Below are positions 62,550-64,000 of a stretch of 64,000 bases of DNA, piece by piece. The DNA lies in contig CAJWLU010000011.1 of assembly GCA_913043225.1 (NCBI GenBank), forward strand, positions 53,216 through 117,215, in the 5' to 3' direction. The translations under genes and the position numbers were made by a program. Under the pieces are notes generated by a model. That model had not been told where the DNA came from. It searched no databases and saw only the letters and a list, made by a program, of their open reading frames with translations. This DNA comes from an uncultured Acidobacteriota bacterium (GTDB lineage: Bacteria; Acidobacteriota; Vicinamibacteria; Vicinamibacterales; UBA8438). Numbering within the stretch: position 1 is the stretch's first letter; every line of letters begins with the position of its first letter.

Positions 62550-62939
62550 ATGGCGCGGGCGGATCCCGTGCTCTTCGAAATCATCGATATCCTGCGCCGC
62601 GGCGTGTCGCTGCGCTGTCCCTGCTGCGGATACGGCCATCTGTTCAAAACGTGGCTCCGAACCCACGACCATTGCCATGCCTGCGGCGAGCGCTTCGAAC
62701 GTGAACCGGGCCAGTGGTTTGGCGCCGTCTATGTCAATCTCGGTCTCTCGGTATTGTTTGGCCTGCTCGGATGCCTGATCGCGGGGCTCTTCGTGCCGCT
62801 GTCGCTCTCGCTGCTCCTTCGGGTCGGATTCCCGGTCTCGGCCATGGGACCGATCCTCTTCTTCCGTCTCTCCAAAGGCATCTGGACAAGCATCATCTTT
62901 CTAGGTGAAGGGCTCTACATTCAGTGGCCGAATCGGTAA
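62550..62939 (+). CDS. DUF983 family membrane protein
   Basis: RCPCCG.G.LF, CHACGERFEREPG..GA, two TM helices; start 62550 or 62568. Confidence 0.85.
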   Translation: MARADPVLFEIIDILRRGVSLRCPCCGYGHLFKTWLRTHDHCHACGERFEREPGQWFGAVYVNLGLSVLFGLLGCLIAGLFVPLSLSLLLRVGFPVSAMGPILFFRLSKGIWTSIIFLGEGLYIQWPNR

Positions 62940-64000
62940 TCCCTTCCTCTTCCGATCCTCTCCCGTCCGCCGCCCCTTCGACGCCACCGACGCAGGAGCC
63001 ATCCGGCGTCCTGGTGGCGTTCACCTTCGCCAAGTTCCGCAACCTGTGGCTGGCGGCGTTCACCTCCGCGGCAGGCACCTGGATTCAGCGCTTCGCCCAG
63101 CAGTGGCTGATTCTGAGTCTCACGGGCTCGGCCTTCATCCTCGGGCTCAACACCTTCCTCGCCGAGCTGCCCCTGTTGCTCTTCACGCTGATCGGCGGAG
63201 TGATCGCCGACCGGCACGACCGCCGGCATCTGCTGATGGGTTCGCAGGCCGTGCAGATGCTGTGCGCCCTGACCTTGACCGCGATGGTGTTCTTCGACGT
63301 CACCCGGGTGCACTACATCCTCGTGTTGTCGTTCATCGCCGGCCTAGCCCAAGCCTTCGGGGGACCGGCCTTCCAATCGCTCGTGCCATCCCTGGTCCCG
63401 CGGCGGCATCTATCCAACGCGGTCGCGCTCAACTCCATCCAGTTCAATCTGGCTCAGGCGATTGGCCCCGCTATCGGCGGCATCGTTCTGGTATCACTCG
63501 GCATGGCGGCCTGCTTCGGGCTGAACGGACTGTCGTTCCTGGTCGTGATCGTGGTGTTGCATTCGATGGAGGTGCCCCGGCCAACCCCGGGACCACGCAA
63601 ACACATCCTGGCCGAATTGGAAGGCGGCCTCTCATATGTGAGACACGGCGGCGCGTTGCTGTCGCTCACAGCGCTGGCCTTCGCCACCACCTCGCTCGCG
63701 CTCCCCATCCGCGCCTTCCTCCCAGTGTTTGCCACCGATGCGGCGCACCTCAGCCGAATGATGACCACACTGGGGGGCGGGGCGGTGGCCGGTGCGCTGA
63801 TCGTGGCCTGGCTGGGCTCGTTCGCCCATATGGGCCGCACCTTGCTCCTAGCTCAGATCGTATTCGGAGGATTGGTGGCCGCCTTCGCGCTCACCCCCAC
63901 GTCGCTGCTTAGCGATGTGCTGCTCTTCCTTGGTGGCGCAGCGCTGCTAATGGTCTTCTCGCTCACCAACTCGCTGGTTCAGCTCGCCGTCCCGGACGAG
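62924..64000 (+). CDS. MFS transporter (MFS_3-like), runs off the window end
   Basis: Read by eye: FRNLWLAAFTSAAGTWIQ, GGVIADRHDRR, AFGGPAFQSLVP, NAVALNS; not in the ORF track because no stop is reached. Confidence 0.9.
   Translation, partial: MAESVIPSSSDPLPSAAPSTPPTQEPSGVLVAFTFAKFRNLWLAAFTSAAGTWIQRFAQQWLILSLTGSAFILGLNTFLAELPLLLFTLIGGVIADRHDRRHLLMGSQAVQMLCALTLTAMVFFDVTRVHYILVLSFIAGLAQAFGGPAFQSLVPSLVPRRHLSNAVALNSIQFNLAQAIGPAIGGIVLVSLGMAACFGLNGLSFLVVIVVLHSMEVPRPTPGPRKHILAELEGGLSYVRHGGALLSLTALAFATTSLALPIRAFLPVFATDAAHLSRMMTTLGGGAVAGALIVAWLGSFAHMGRTLLLAQIVFGGLVAAFALTPTSLLSDVLLFLGGAALLMVFSLTNSLVQLAVPDE

Noticed and set aside
62905..63912. 335-aa plus-strand ORF
   Set aside because: Wrong frame; the real gene is the MFS transporter starting ~62924.

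Overview
High-GC bacterial chromosomal window. Gene content and order (hisS-aspS-phoH-ybeY-hemolysin/CBS-era / mgtE-recO-glyQ-glyS-ppdK-mutL, a VWFA-Acidobacterial-type remnant, a GTTC-N7-GTTC-like SOS box) suggest Acidobacteriota, probably Vicinamibacteria; this is inference. The middle ~30 kb is housekeeping and the flanks are accessory. Main signals: (1) a co-oriented block at 49.5-55.6 kb: SET methyltransferase, YqiA-like hydrolase, TIGR04283-like glycosyltransferase, msrP, msrQ and an 847-aa radical SAM/SPASM + ArsM-like methyltransferase fusion, a candidate organoarsenic (arsenosugar-like) pathway; (2) a Tes/GDGT-MAS (MJ0619-like) radical SAM enzyme, a candidate membrane-spanning lipid synthase; (3) a secreted peroxiredoxin split by the ORF track that is really a selenoprotein, with in-frame UGA at the catalytic position and a clear SECIS hairpin; (4) an imuA-imuB-dnaE2 cassette with a LexA-like box and a 4-Cys insertion in DnaE2; (5) several apparently leaderless genes, two pseudo-enzymes (patatin, HtrA-like), a decayed IS1-family element and gene remnants. 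tRNA-Val(CAC) and tatA, both absent from the ORF track, are also present. No CRISPR array or rRNA was seen. All family assignments come from motif recognition by eye; no database searches were run.
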